Shown here piece after piece: positions 51,716-60,805 of a DNA stretch of 64,000 bases. Position numbers and translations under genes: made by a program. Positions within the stretch are counted from its first letter, which is position 1, and the number at the start of each line of letters is the position of its first letter. The stretch spans positions 22,475 to 86,474 of the forward strand of contig JAGQWJ010000004.1 of NCBI GenBank assembly GCA_020437395.1. Reading direction: 5' to 3'. The notes below the pieces were generated by a model. The model searched no databases. It was not told where the DNA came from and was given only the letters and a program-made list of their open reading frames with translations. The stretch is from Ignavibacteriota bacterium. Lineage in GTDB: Bacteria; Bacteroidota; Ignavibacteria; Kapaibacteriales; UBA2268.

Positions 51716-53287
51716 CTAATTAATAATAAATTTTCTAAATATCGTTCTGTCCATTAACTCAATTGCTGCGAAGTAAGTCCCAGCAATAAAGTTTTTGTCG
51801 TCTAATTTCATCTCGATTATACCAGTTATTTGTGCGTTATATTCTTTGTTCATCAATTGTTTCCCACTAAGGTTAAATATTTTTATAGTAGAGACATTTT
51901 GTGGTTTATCAAATGCTATATTTATCAGTTTATCGAATGATGTCAATAGTTGAGGATATAAATTTAACTCTTTTGAATTACTAATATCTTTAATATTTGT
52001 GATACTCGGATGATACCTAAGTAAACCAATACCATAAAAAGCTATCCATAAACTACCATCCTCTGTAGTTGTCATACTTTCTACTCTTCCGCCAGATTCT
52101 CCAATTTTTCCTAAAGTATGCTGTGTAGTCCAATCCCTACTAAATAGTTCCAATATAATAGACATTATAGAATCAGAAGAATTTAAAAACTTAACATGGT
52201 CTGGAGGGGCATCTTTACCTATGTCAGTAATTAATATACTACTAAAAAAAGTAGATTCACTCAAGAAATCTTCAACATCAGGAGTAACCAACATATCATC
52301 ATTGTTAATAAGGTTAAGAAATCCAGTACCACCAACCCAAATTGAACCATTTCTGTCTTCGGTTATAGCGCTACATACCGAAAAAACAGAATCTCTATCT
52401 TTAAAACCACTAAATAAAGTTGATCTCATAGGATAAGTATTATGTTCTGTATAAACACCCCAAGTGTCATCATTTTTTAAAACAACTAAACCTGGGTCTC
52501 TCGGTGAACTCTCCCCTAATCCAAACCAAATATTATTAACTTTATCTTCGAAAATACTAATAACATCAACTAACCTTTGTTCATATTCTTCAGGATTGTA
52601 AACATTATGTGGTGTAGGTATTGTTGTAATTTTCATACTTCCACTATCATCAATAATAAGTAAATTATTATCAATTGATGTAGAAGTAACAAATATTTTA
52701 TTTTTAGAACTAACGAAAATACTCGAAAAACCTAATTTATTAAAACTCTTGTTATCAGTAACAATCTCAAAACTTTGCCCATCATATTTTATTAATTCAG
52801 TATAATAATTTATATAAGGTGGATCATGAGCTAATATGATATTTGTTGTTAACCAAATATTTCCAGTTGAATCCATTCCAATACTTATATATTCTCTTAT
52901 TGATTTAAGATTATCATCGAGGAAATATTTCTGAAAATTATTACCATTCCATTTATAAAAACCATTAGTTTGCCCACAAATCCAAATATCACTATTATTA
53001 CCAAACACTATACTACTATTCGACTTACTAAATTTTAAAGTATCAATTTGATTATCATTTTCAAAATACGATGGTATTAGACTCCATTTATTACCATCGA
53101 ATAAATTTATAGGGTAGAATCTATTACCTTGGTTAGTCATATAAAGTCCATATAATAATAGGTTATTTCCTTTAGAAATCAAATTACAATTCTGTTGCAT
53201 GTTTATTTTTTGATTTTCTAATTTGAATTGCGATAATAGTTGAAATGGAATCATTATTAAAACTATCCTAACATAAATTTTTTTCAA
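51716..53287 (-). CDS. Reg_prop-like (two-component-regulator propeller-type) beta-propeller protein with T9SS CTD
   Basis: 523 aa. Recurrent blades GNIWLTT, NNIWFGL, GSIWVGGTG, GSLWIAFYGIGLLRY. C-terminal FIAGTYFAAIELMDRTIFRKFIIN. Confidence 0.65.
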   Translation of the reverse strand: MKKIYVRIVLIMIPFQLLSQFKLENQKINMQQNCNLISKGNNLLLYGLYMTNQGNRFYPINLFDGNKWSLIPSYFENDNQIDTLKFSKSNSSIVFGNNSDIWICGQTNGFYKWNGNNFQKYFLDDNLKSIREYISIGMDSTGNIWLTTNIILAHDPPYINYYTELIKYDGQSFEIVTDNKSFNKLGFSSIFVSSKNKIFVTSTSIDNNLLIIDDSGSMKITTIPTPHNVYNPEEYEQRLVDVISIFEDKVNNIWFGLGESSPRDPGLVVLKNDDTWGVYTEHNTYPMRSTLFSGFKDRDSVFSVCSAITEDRNGSIWVGGTGFLNLINNDDMLVTPDVEDFLSESTFFSSILITDIGKDAPPDHVKFLNSSDSIMSIILELFSRDWTTQHTLGKIGESGGRVESMTTTEDGSLWIAFYGIGLLRYHPSITNIKDISNSKELNLYPQLLTSFDKLINIAFDKPQNVSTIKIFNLSGKQLMNKEYNAQITGIIEMKLDDKNFIAGTYFAAIELMDRTIFRKFIIN

Positions 53288-53317
53288 TTTAAACTCCTTG
53301 CATTAATTACAATTAAT

Positions 53318-54070
53318 TTAATTACCACTACCTGCACAACCATCTTTACATTGGTAAGGCAAATCAGTTTTCCAATCTTTGAAAACACCTTGATCTGTAC
53401 ACTGTTCACCTGGTGCCGGGTCTGTAGTTGGAGTACTGATTCTAATATTCCCAGCTCCTGTAGTCCCTTCTTTACAAACTGTATAAGTTTTCTTACAACA
53501 AACTTCGCCACAAGATTGCCACTTCCATACATCAATATAAGAGTCACCATTATGACTATATGGTAATGGACAATTCCCATCATAACCAATATCTTTCATC
53601 ACTTCACCCTGGGTGTCAACTTTGTAACTACATTTTACCCAAACCCCACAACGTGCGGTATAAATATTAAAGAATGTTTTACCACCTGTTGAACAATCAG
53701 GAATTGTAATGTTTCCTAAATCTATCACTTTATTCAATATAAGAAGTTTCAAATATTCTCTTGCTCCATCAAAATCTAATTCTTCCTTTGTACCATGAGC
53801 AAGAAAATCAGGGTCTATTAATTCTGTGTAATCCCAATCAATAATAATTTCAATTTCACCACCACAATTCCTCCAACAATATTTTACTGTCCCTATGAGC
53901 CCAATAGTCAATAATTGATAATCAAATGAATGACTTTCACATATCCAGTCCGCAGTACAAGGATCTCCTGACCAACAATTATCTGGTGGTTGGGCTATTA
54001 AAGTATTATTAAAAGTTAAAGTAAAAAATAGACACCCTATAATTACGGTAACATATTTTATCATTTTCAT
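53318..54070 (-). CDS. Cysteine-rich secreted protein (unknown family)
   Basis: 250 aa with a signal peptide and 16 Cys in the mature part, including a CC pair and several CxxxC/CxxxxxC spacings. No T9SS CTD. Lies 30 nt upstream of the Reg_prop-like gene. Confidence 0.55.
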   Translation of the reverse strand: MKMIKYVTVIIGCLFFTLTFNNTLIAQPPDNCWSGDPCTADWICESHSFDYQLLTIGLIGTVKYCWRNCGGEIEIIIDWDYTELIDPDFLAHGTKEELDFDGAREYLKLLILNKVIDLGNITIPDCSTGGKTFFNIYTARCGVWVKCSYKVDTQGEVMKDIGYDGNCPLPYSHNGDSYIDVWKWQSCGEVCCKKTYTVCKEGTTGAGNIRISTPTTDPAPGEQCTDQGVFKDWKTDLPYQCKDGCAGSGN

Positions 54071-54097
54071 GATTTACCTCTAAAAATTTATTTAAAA

Positions 54098-54129
54098 ATT
54101 GTTCTTTAGAGATTTCATTCATAAGTTTG
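54098..54129 (+). promoter_or_regulatory. Orphan plus-strand promoter: ATTG (-33-like) and TAAGTTTG (-7)
   Basis: Exact TAnnTTTG at 54122..54129, with ATTG 20 nt upstream. There is no plus-strand gene downstream. Confidence 0.3.
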
Positions 54130-54173
54130 TAGCTGTCAACAATGAGATGTCCAATTTTATTTTTGACATTATG

Positions 54174-54214
54174 TGGTCAGATGAAATCTCAAGTTTTTTC
54201 TGACCATTTTTTTT
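54174..54214 (+). terminator. Orphan plus-strand rho-independent terminator
   Basis: TGGTCAGA (54174..54181) pairs with TCTGACCA (54199..54206), followed by T8 (54207..54214). Confidence 0.55.
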
Positions 54215-54299
54215 ACTACCAAAACTATTCCCCTCCTATTCTACCAGATTAAAAAATATCATTTCATATTTGGTTTATTATTATTTTTTTTACAATAAT

Positions 54300-54338
54300 A
54301 AATAATGCAAGCAAATAATGCAAGCAAATAATGCAAAA
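54300..54338. repeat. 13-bp direct tandem repeat, three units (AAATAATGCAAGC x2 plus AAATAATGCAAAA)
   Basis: Read directly from the sequence, in the 450-bp intergenic region. Confidence 0.9.
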
Positions 54339-54519
54339 AGAGTAACATTTATTATTAATAAATCTTAATATACCAGATGTTTAGACTGACTATCATTGTA
54401 AAAGTCCTATTTCAGCAGATTGGTAAATACAATCTTTTTTTAATCTTATCACTTTAAATCTCGGAAGTAGAAATACGAAAGGGCTTTAAAGTGTAAATCG
54501 ATTATTTAAAAATTATAAA

Positions 54520-55959
54520 TTAGTTTGTATCCCAACCACCACCTAAAGCTTTGTAAAGTAAAACTAATGAATTCATTTGCTTCATTTTGTTTTCCACCAA
54601 CTCAATTCTAGCATCAAGCACATCTCTTTGTGTCAGCATAACTTCCATATAATCGGCTCTTGCTGAGTTAAATAAACTATTTGCAATTGCTGTAGATTGC
54701 AACAAAACATCAACCTGCTCAGACTTCAATTGATAGCTACTTATAAGATTTTCCATATTTGAAAGTTGGTTAGAAACTTCAAAGTAAGCATTCAAAATTG
54801 TACGTTCCAAATTATAAACTGATTGCATTTGAGAATAGTTGGCATTGAGGTATTGAGCTTCAATTGCATTTCTATTAAGCAATGGCATAACCATATCGCC
54901 AACTATGCCGTAGAGCATAGACTCTGGTGTTTGAAAAAAAGAACCAGGATTATATGATTGAAGACCTAATCTACCTGTTATCCTGAAAGCTGGGTAAAAG
55001 TTAGCTCTTGCGGCTTCTACATCGAGTTTATCTGCCTCTAATAGCAACTCTGCTTGTTTGATATCGGGTCTGTTTTGCAACAATTGAGAAGGAACACCAG
55101 TAACAATTGTTTTTGGTGTTGTATTAGTAAATTGATCTGAACTTCTTTCAATTTTCTGAGGATATCTACCTAACAGAAAATTAATCCTATTTTCAGTAAT
55201 AGTAATATCTTGTTTTATATTAAATACAAGACTTCTATTTTTTAGAACTTCTGCTTCAAATTTCTTGACCGCAAGTTCAGTCACTTTACCAGCTTCTTTT
55301 TGGATTTTTACTGTTCTTAATGCATCTTGTTGTATTCTTATATTATCTTCTAGAATTAAAAGTTGATTGTCCAAAGCTTCCAATTCATAATAAGAATTTG
55401 CTATTTCTGCTATTAGCTGCGTTACCATATAATTCTTACCTTCTATAGAAGACAAGTATCTTTTTGCAGCTGCATCTGTTGCATTATGGAGTTTATTCCA
55501 AACGTCTAACTCCCAAGAAACATCGGCGGACAACATAAAATCAGTTAAAGGTTCAGGGAACTCCTTACCTTCGCTAATTTCAGTATTCGCATCGTTAGCA
55601 CCTTGACTTGTGTAGCGTCCAACTTTTTCAGCACCAGCACCAGCGTTGAGTCTAGCAGAAGGAAGATATTCTCCTCTCCTTGCCATTACATCATTAGATG
55701 CTATCAATATTTCTTTTGCCATTATGTTGAGTTCTTGATTATTTGTCAATGCTGAATCAATCAAATTTATCAAGTTCTCATCTTCAAAAAACTCTCTCCA
55801 ATCCGTTTTAGCAGCACTGTTAGTATCTAAATTATTACTAAAACTTTCAGGAAAATCTTTGTTTGCTTCTCTTTGTTCAACTTTTGGTATTGAACAAGAT
55901 GAAAACAGTATAAGAAATGCAATTGAAAAATATTTTATTATCCATTTTGTATTAATCAT
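54520..55959 (-). CDS. RND efflux outer-membrane factor lipoprotein (TolC/NodT family)
   Basis: Start placed at ATG 55959 (MINTKWIIKYFSIAFLILFSSC lipobox), overlapping the pump stop by 8 nt. Two OEP repeats with coiled-coil-rich sequence. Confidence 0.88.
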   Translation of the reverse strand: MINTKWIIKYFSIAFLILFSSCSIPKVEQREANKDFPESFSNNLDTNSAAKTDWREFFEDENLINLIDSALTNNQELNIMAKEILIASNDVMARRGEYLPSARLNAGAGAEKVGRYTSQGANDANTEISEGKEFPEPLTDFMLSADVSWELDVWNKLHNATDAAAKRYLSSIEGKNYMVTQLIAEIANSYYELEALDNQLLILEDNIRIQQDALRTVKIQKEAGKVTELAVKKFEAEVLKNRSLVFNIKQDITITENRINFLLGRYPQKIERSSDQFTNTTPKTIVTGVPSQLLQNRPDIKQAELLLEADKLDVEAARANFYPAFRITGRLGLQSYNPGSFFQTPESMLYGIVGDMVMPLLNRNAIEAQYLNANYSQMQSVYNLERTILNAYFEVSNQLSNMENLISSYQLKSEQVDVLLQSTAIANSLFNSARADYMEVMLTQRDVLDARIELVENKMKQMNSLVLLYKALGGGWDTN

Positions 55960-58900
55960 TGTGACCAACCTCCTCAGAAAGTGGGCTATCACTTTCATCT
56001 TGTATTAATGTTTTCCCTTCTATCAGTTTTGCAAAGAAAAAGTACAACCCTGGAATTATTATGACACCAAAAACAGTACCAATGACCATACCGCCAAGAG
56101 AAGACCCCCCTATGGTTCTGTTTCCAATTGCACCTGCACCAGTCGCAATCACAAGTGGTATAAGACCAGCAACGAAAGCGAATGATGTCATTAAAATTGG
56201 TCTAAATCTTACTCTTGCACCTTCTATCGCAGCATCTATCATAGTCGCACCTTGTCTATGTTTTTGTACGGCAAATTCAACAATCAGAACCGCATTTTTA
56301 CCCAACAATCCAACTAACATTATTAACCCAACTTGTGCGTAAATATCATTTGATAGACCCATTATCTTAAGTACTAAGAATGAACCAAATATTCCCACGG
56401 GTAATGAAAGTATTACGGCAAAGGGTAGCAAGAAACTCTCGTATTGAGCAGCTAAAACTAAATAAACGAATATCAATACAATCATAAATATTATTATTGA
56501 TTCATTACCTCTATTCGATTCATCATACGAAAGTCCTTCCCATGCAATGTCATATCCATTTGGTAAAGTCTCTTTTGCTACCTCCTTTATAGCTTCAATA
56601 GCATCGCCAGTAGTATAACCTTTTGCTGGTAACCCTTGGATTGCAGCAGAGTTATACATATTATATCTTGTTATCTCATTTGGACCTTGTCTTTTTTCCA
56701 TTTTCATAAACGCAGAATAAGGAACCATCTCGCCATGATCATTCCGTACAAATAGGTTTAAAATATCCGATGGCAGTCTTCTGAACTTAGGATCTGATTG
56801 AACATATACTTTGAAAAAACGTCCGAATTTTATGAAACCTTGCTCATAAGTACTACCTATCATTATATTCAGATTTTCCATCGCATCGCCAATTGAAACA
56901 CCTTTTTGCATAGCCAATTCATTGTCAATAATCAACTCATATTGAGGGTAATTCGCTGCAAAAAAAGTGAACAGTCCTGTTAGCTCCTTACGTTTACGTA
57001 AATCATCCATAAATTTCTGGTTTACTTTGTCAAAATCTTGATAATCAGTAGTAGCATTTTTATCTAATAATCTCATAGAGAATCCACCAGATGATCCGAA
57101 ACCAGGGATTGCAGGAGGTTCAAAAAGTTCTACGATTGCTCCGAGGTTTTTGGATTTCTCTTCTAACTCTTCCATTATCTCATGTACTGAATGTTCTCTT
57201 TCTGACCAATCTTTCAGGTTAATAAGACATGTCCCGGCATTCGACCCTCTACCTTCTGTCATTATCTCGTAGCCAGCAAGCGAAGTAACGGATTCTACTC
57301 CATCTATTTCCTCACATATTTTTTGCAATTCCCTTGCCACTGAATTTGTTCTTTCTAGAGTAGAGCCAGGTGGGGTTTGGATAATCGCATATATAGTACC
57401 TTGGTCTTCCCCAGGAATGAACCCAGAGGGAATAATCGAATTTGCATACAAAATACCAATTGAAAAAATTGCAAGAATAGAAAAAGTAATCAATCGCTTG
57501 TGAGCTATTAATTTGAGTAACAAAACATATTTATTTGTCACTTTCTCGAAACCGCTATTAAATCTATCAATTACCCAAGTAATTGGTGATTTTTTCTTAG
57601 CTTTACCGTGATTATTCTTAAGAAGCATAATACACAATACAGGCGTAAGAGTAAGCGAAACAACAGCAGAGATTATAATTGCACTAGCCATTGTAATTGA
57701 GAATTGTCGATAGAATATTCCCACGGGACCCGACATAAATGATATAGGTATAAAAACAGATACCATTACAAGTGTTATAGCAATGATTGCACCGCTTATC
57801 TCATCCATAACTTTCCGAACTGCATCAAAAGGGTTTTTATGCTCTTCTTCCATAGTTGTGTGAACTGCTTCCACTACAACTATAGCATTATCGACGACAA
57901 TACCAATTGCTAGCACTAGTGCAAATAGTGTAACTAAGTTTATGGATAGTCCAAACATCTGCATTGCGAAAAAGGCACCGATAAGAGAAACTGGCACTGC
58001 TATAATAGGAATAAGAGTTGAACGCCAATCACCTAAAAATAGGAACACCACTATCGCAACCAAGATAAACGCATCACGGAGCGTGTGCATTACTTGTTCG
58101 GTAGATGCATCTAAGAATTTGGAAACATCATAACTAATCTTGTAATCTATACCTTCGGGGAAATCTGCCTCCATTTCTTTCAATTTTGCCTTTACTTCGT
58201 TGATTACATCTGTCGCATTTGTTCCAATGTTTTGTTTAAGTACAATCGAAGCTGCTGGGTGCCCGTCCAGATTAGAATAAATATCAAAAAACTCTGAACC
58301 TAATTCAGCCCTCGCAATATCTTTAAGATGAATACTCTCACCCTCAGCATTGGCTCTGATTATCACATTTTCGTATTCCTTAGATTCATTAAACCTACCT
58401 TTGTAAGTTAGTACGTATTCTAAAGATTGAGCAGAAATACCAGAACTTTGACCTAACCTACCAGGTCGCCCTATTATACTTTGCTCTTGCAGAGCCTCCA
58501 TTACTTCATCAACAGAGATATTGTAAGCTCTCATTCTTTCTGGATTAAGCCAAATACGCATTGCATATTTTCTACTTCCCAATATTTGGGATCTCGCAAT
58601 TCCATTTATCCTGTTTAGTTCAGGAATCATGTGAACATCAGCATAGTTATATAGGAACTTTTCATCTACTTTATTGTCCTTACTATACAAGTTAACATAC
58701 ATTAACATACTGGGTTGGATAGGTGTTATTATAACACCTTCCCTCTGAACGAGTTCAGGCAAGAGTGGCATCACCTGATCCACTCTTGTCTTCACCCTTA
58801 TGACGGCGGTATTGGGGTCAGTCCCCGGGTCAAATATTATACGGAGCGTAGCTTCACCTGCACTTGTTGCATCTGTTGCCATATATCTCATACCTTGTAC

Positions 58901-59113
58901 CCCGTTGATAGCGTTTTCAAGGGTAATCAAAGTAGATTTGACAAGAACATCTGCACTTGCACCAGGATATGCAATAAATATATTGACTGTTGTAGGAGCA
59001 ATTTCGGGGAATTGTGAAATCGGCAATTGTTTGATAGCTAAACCACCAACAAATATTATAATTACAGAAATCACAATAGCCAATACTGGCCGATGTATTA
59101 TTTTACTAAACAT
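55952..59113 (-). CDS. RND (HAE1, AcrB/MexB-like) efflux permease
   Basis: 1053 aa with a 12-TM plus two large periplasmic loops layout. Conserved TM4 region GLSINLVTLFALVLAIGIVVDNAIVVVE. Confidence 0.95.
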   Translation of the reverse strand: MFSKIIHRPVLAIVISVIIIFVGGLAIKQLPISQFPEIAPTTVNIFIAYPGASADVLVKSTLITLENAINGVQGMRYMATDATSAGEATLRIIFDPGTDPNTAVIRVKTRVDQVMPLLPELVQREGVIITPIQPSMLMYVNLYSKDNKVDEKFLYNYADVHMIPELNRINGIARSQILGSRKYAMRIWLNPERMRAYNISVDEVMEALQEQSIIGRPGRLGQSSGISAQSLEYVLTYKGRFNESKEYENVIIRANAEGESIHLKDIARAELGSEFFDIYSNLDGHPAASIVLKQNIGTNATDVINEVKAKLKEMEADFPEGIDYKISYDVSKFLDASTEQVMHTLRDAFILVAIVVFLFLGDWRSTLIPIIAVPVSLIGAFFAMQMFGLSINLVTLFALVLAIGIVVDNAIVVVEAVHTTMEEEHKNPFDAVRKVMDEISGAIIAITLVMVSVFIPISFMSGPVGIFYRQFSITMASAIIISAVVSLTLTPVLCIMLLKNNHGKAKKKSPITWVIDRFNSGFEKVTNKYVLLLKLIAHKRLITFSILAIFSIGILYANSIIPSGFIPGEDQGTIYAIIQTPPGSTLERTNSVARELQKICEEIDGVESVTSLAGYEIMTEGRGSNAGTCLINLKDWSEREHSVHEIMEELEEKSKNLGAIVELFEPPAIPGFGSSGGFSMRLLDKNATTDYQDFDKVNQKFMDDLRKRKELTGLFTFFAANYPQYELIIDNELAMQKGVSIGDAMENLNIMIGSTYEQGFIKFGRFFKVYVQSDPKFRRLPSDILNLFVRNDHGEMVPYSAFMKMEKRQGPNEITRYNMYNSAAIQGLPAKGYTTGDAIEAIKEVAKETLPNGYDIAWEGLSYDESNRGNESIIIFMIVLIFVYLVLAAQYESFLLPFAVILSLPVGIFGSFLVLKIMGLSNDIYAQVGLIMLVGLLGKNAVLIVEFAVQKHRQGATMIDAAIEGARVRFRPILMTSFAFVAGLIPLVIATGAGAIGNRTIGGSSLGGMVIGTVFGVIIIPGLYFFFAKLIEGKTLIQDESDSPLSEEVGHND

Positions 59114-59145
59114 ACTCTTCCTTTAGATTTATTTTAATAAAGTGA

Positions 59146-60246
59146 TTATTCTGCGTAAAGTTCTAAGCTTGATACGGCATTTTTTGGCTTCAAATAATTG
59201 AATGCAATTTTCTGATTGCCTTTTACTTTATTCAATCCATCTAATAGAATTTTGTCATTTTGAGTTAATCCACCATGTAATATGTAAAGATGAGGTAATT
59301 CATCTGCTATTTTTATCTCTCTTGGTTTTAACTTATTGTCTTTACCTACTACATAGACAAACTTTTTCTCAAGTACTTCAAAAGTTGATTTCTGAGGTAT
59401 TATAACCGAGTTTTTATACTCCATAGAAACTTCAATATTGCCAGTTTCACCATGTCTAAGTAATCCTTCAGGGTTTGGGAAAGTAGCACGGAAAGCAATA
59501 TTACCTGTTTCATTATTAAAATCTGCTTCTATTACTTTTACAACTCCCTTGTAAGCATATTCTTTATGATTAGCCATTTTCAATGTTACTTCGAAGTTTT
59601 TATTTAAACGATTATTAGTGCTATATTCCAAATACTCTGCTTCTGGCACATTGAAATAAGACCACATTTCACTATTGTCGGAAAGTGTAGTTAGTAACTC
59701 TCCTTCGTCGAGCAAACTTCCTTCTCTAACATTGAATCTACCCATTATCCCATCGAATGGGGCTCTAATTTCTGTAAAGCCAAGATGTACTTTTGCTAAT
59801 TGAAGTTCTGCTTGTGCTTTCTCATATTTTGCTTTAGTCAAAGCTAGTTCATTTTTAGATACAATATTACTGTCGGCTAACAATTTAGTATTCTTATATT
59901 CTATACTTGCATAATTAGCTTCTGCTTTTGCTTTCTCCAATTCAGCATTATAAAGATTCGGTAAGATTTGGAACATTAACTGCCCTTTTTTCACAAATTG
60001 TCCTTCATCTACATAAATTTTTTGTAAGTACCCCCTTTCTAATGCCCTTAGCTCTATATGTTGGATAGAGTGCAATTGGCAAACATAATCCTTTGTAATT
60101 GAAGTATCTTTTACCAAAGGACTAGTTACTACAAACTTTGATTTAACCTCATTTTGTTCAACTTCACTATGAGCTTCTGACTGACAGCTATAAAGACATA
60201 CTAGTGCTACTGCACTAATTAAAACTTGAATTATTTTCATTTTCAT
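59146..60246 (-). CDS. RND efflux periplasmic adaptor (membrane fusion protein) lipoprotein
   Basis: 366 aa. Lipobox LYSC, alpha-hairpin AELEKAKAEANYASIEY...AQAELQLAKVHL, and the lipoyl/beta-barrel block IRAPFDGIMG. Confidence 0.9.
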   Translation of the reverse strand: MKMKIIQVLISAVALVCLYSCQSEAHSEVEQNEVKSKFVVTSPLVKDTSITKDYVCQLHSIQHIELRALERGYLQKIYVDEGQFVKKGQLMFQILPNLYNAELEKAKAEANYASIEYKNTKLLADSNIVSKNELALTKAKYEKAQAELQLAKVHLGFTEIRAPFDGIMGRFNVREGSLLDEGELLTTLSDNSEMWSYFNVPEAEYLEYSTNNRLNKNFEVTLKMANHKEYAYKGVVKVIEADFNNETGNIAFRATFPNPEGLLRHGETGNIEVSMEYKNSVIIPQKSTFEVLEKKFVYVVGKDNKLKPREIKIADELPHLYILHGGLTQNDKILLDGLNKVKGNQKIAFNYLKPKNAVSSLELYAE

Positions 60247-60370
60247 TTTTTATTTTATTATTTAATAAATACACTAATCAAATTTTGGGAATAATTTTCC
60301 GAAAATTATACTATTTTAATAAAGAGTTTTCTTTAATTGTGGCGGTATCGCCTATTTTAAAAGTGTGTAT

Positions 60371-60736
60371 TTATAGACGGAATGTCTGATGCAGAAGGTA
60401 TTTTGACTCACTAAATAGAGTGAACTTTCTAAAAACTTTAAAAGTATGATTGATCGAGATTAAGTTGAATATAATCTCTTTGAATGAGGAACTTCTTAGA
60501 GTTTTACTTAAACTAATCTCATCTGGTTCTTTTAAGTTTAAAATAACCATATCAGAGTTATTTTTTATTCCGCTATTCGTCTGATATATCTGAGGTGAAT
60601 TATTTTCAGAGTGATAATTGCTCGTTTGGTAAACAAGATTGTTATTGCTTTCAGTAACAACTTGTAAACTACCAGTCCCTAAAATTATAAAATTTAGGAA
60701 TGAAAGAATAAATAATATAGTAGTTGTAAAACTCAT
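60371..60736 (-). CDS. Hypothetical small exported or membrane protein
   Basis: 121 aa with an N-terminal hydrophobic segment. Lies 69 nt downstream of the second peroxidase gene. No family recognised; coding status is uncertain. Confidence 0.35.
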   Translation of the reverse strand: MSFTTTILFILSFLNFIILGTGSLQVVTESNNNLVYQTSNYHSENNSPQIYQTNSGIKNNSDMVILNLKEPDEISLSKTLRSSSFKEIIFNLISINHTFKVFRKFTLFSESKYLLHQTFRL

Positions 60737-60805
60737 TTTGCAAAACTATGTTCTATTATTATCAAATACAAAACAATATTACGTTTTTTATATAAATTTT
60801 GTTTC

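Noticed and set aside
53284-53589. A 101-aa minus-strand ORF overlapping the Cys-rich gene in another frame.
   Set aside because: It is an alternative frame of a longer ORF that has a signal peptide and a regular Cys pattern. The alternative product has no signal or motif.
54142-54252. A 36-codon ORF (MRCPILFLTLCGQ...) in the orphan transcript.
   Set aside because: It reads through the predicted terminator hairpin and T tract and has no Shine-Dalgarno-like or conserved context. The non-coding interpretation is preferred, though a micropeptide is not excluded.
54300-54338. The tandem 13-mers as a possible CRISPR array.
   Set aside because: The units abut directly with no spacers and are far shorter than CRISPR repeats. 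No cas genes are present in the window.
58715-59126. Two overlapping plus-strand ORFs (100 and 108 aa) over the 5-prime part of the RND pump gene. Similar cases occur at 56061..56342 and 57942..58133.
   Set aside because: They are antisense to a 1053-aa AcrB-family gene whose identity is unambiguous, and there are no independent signals.
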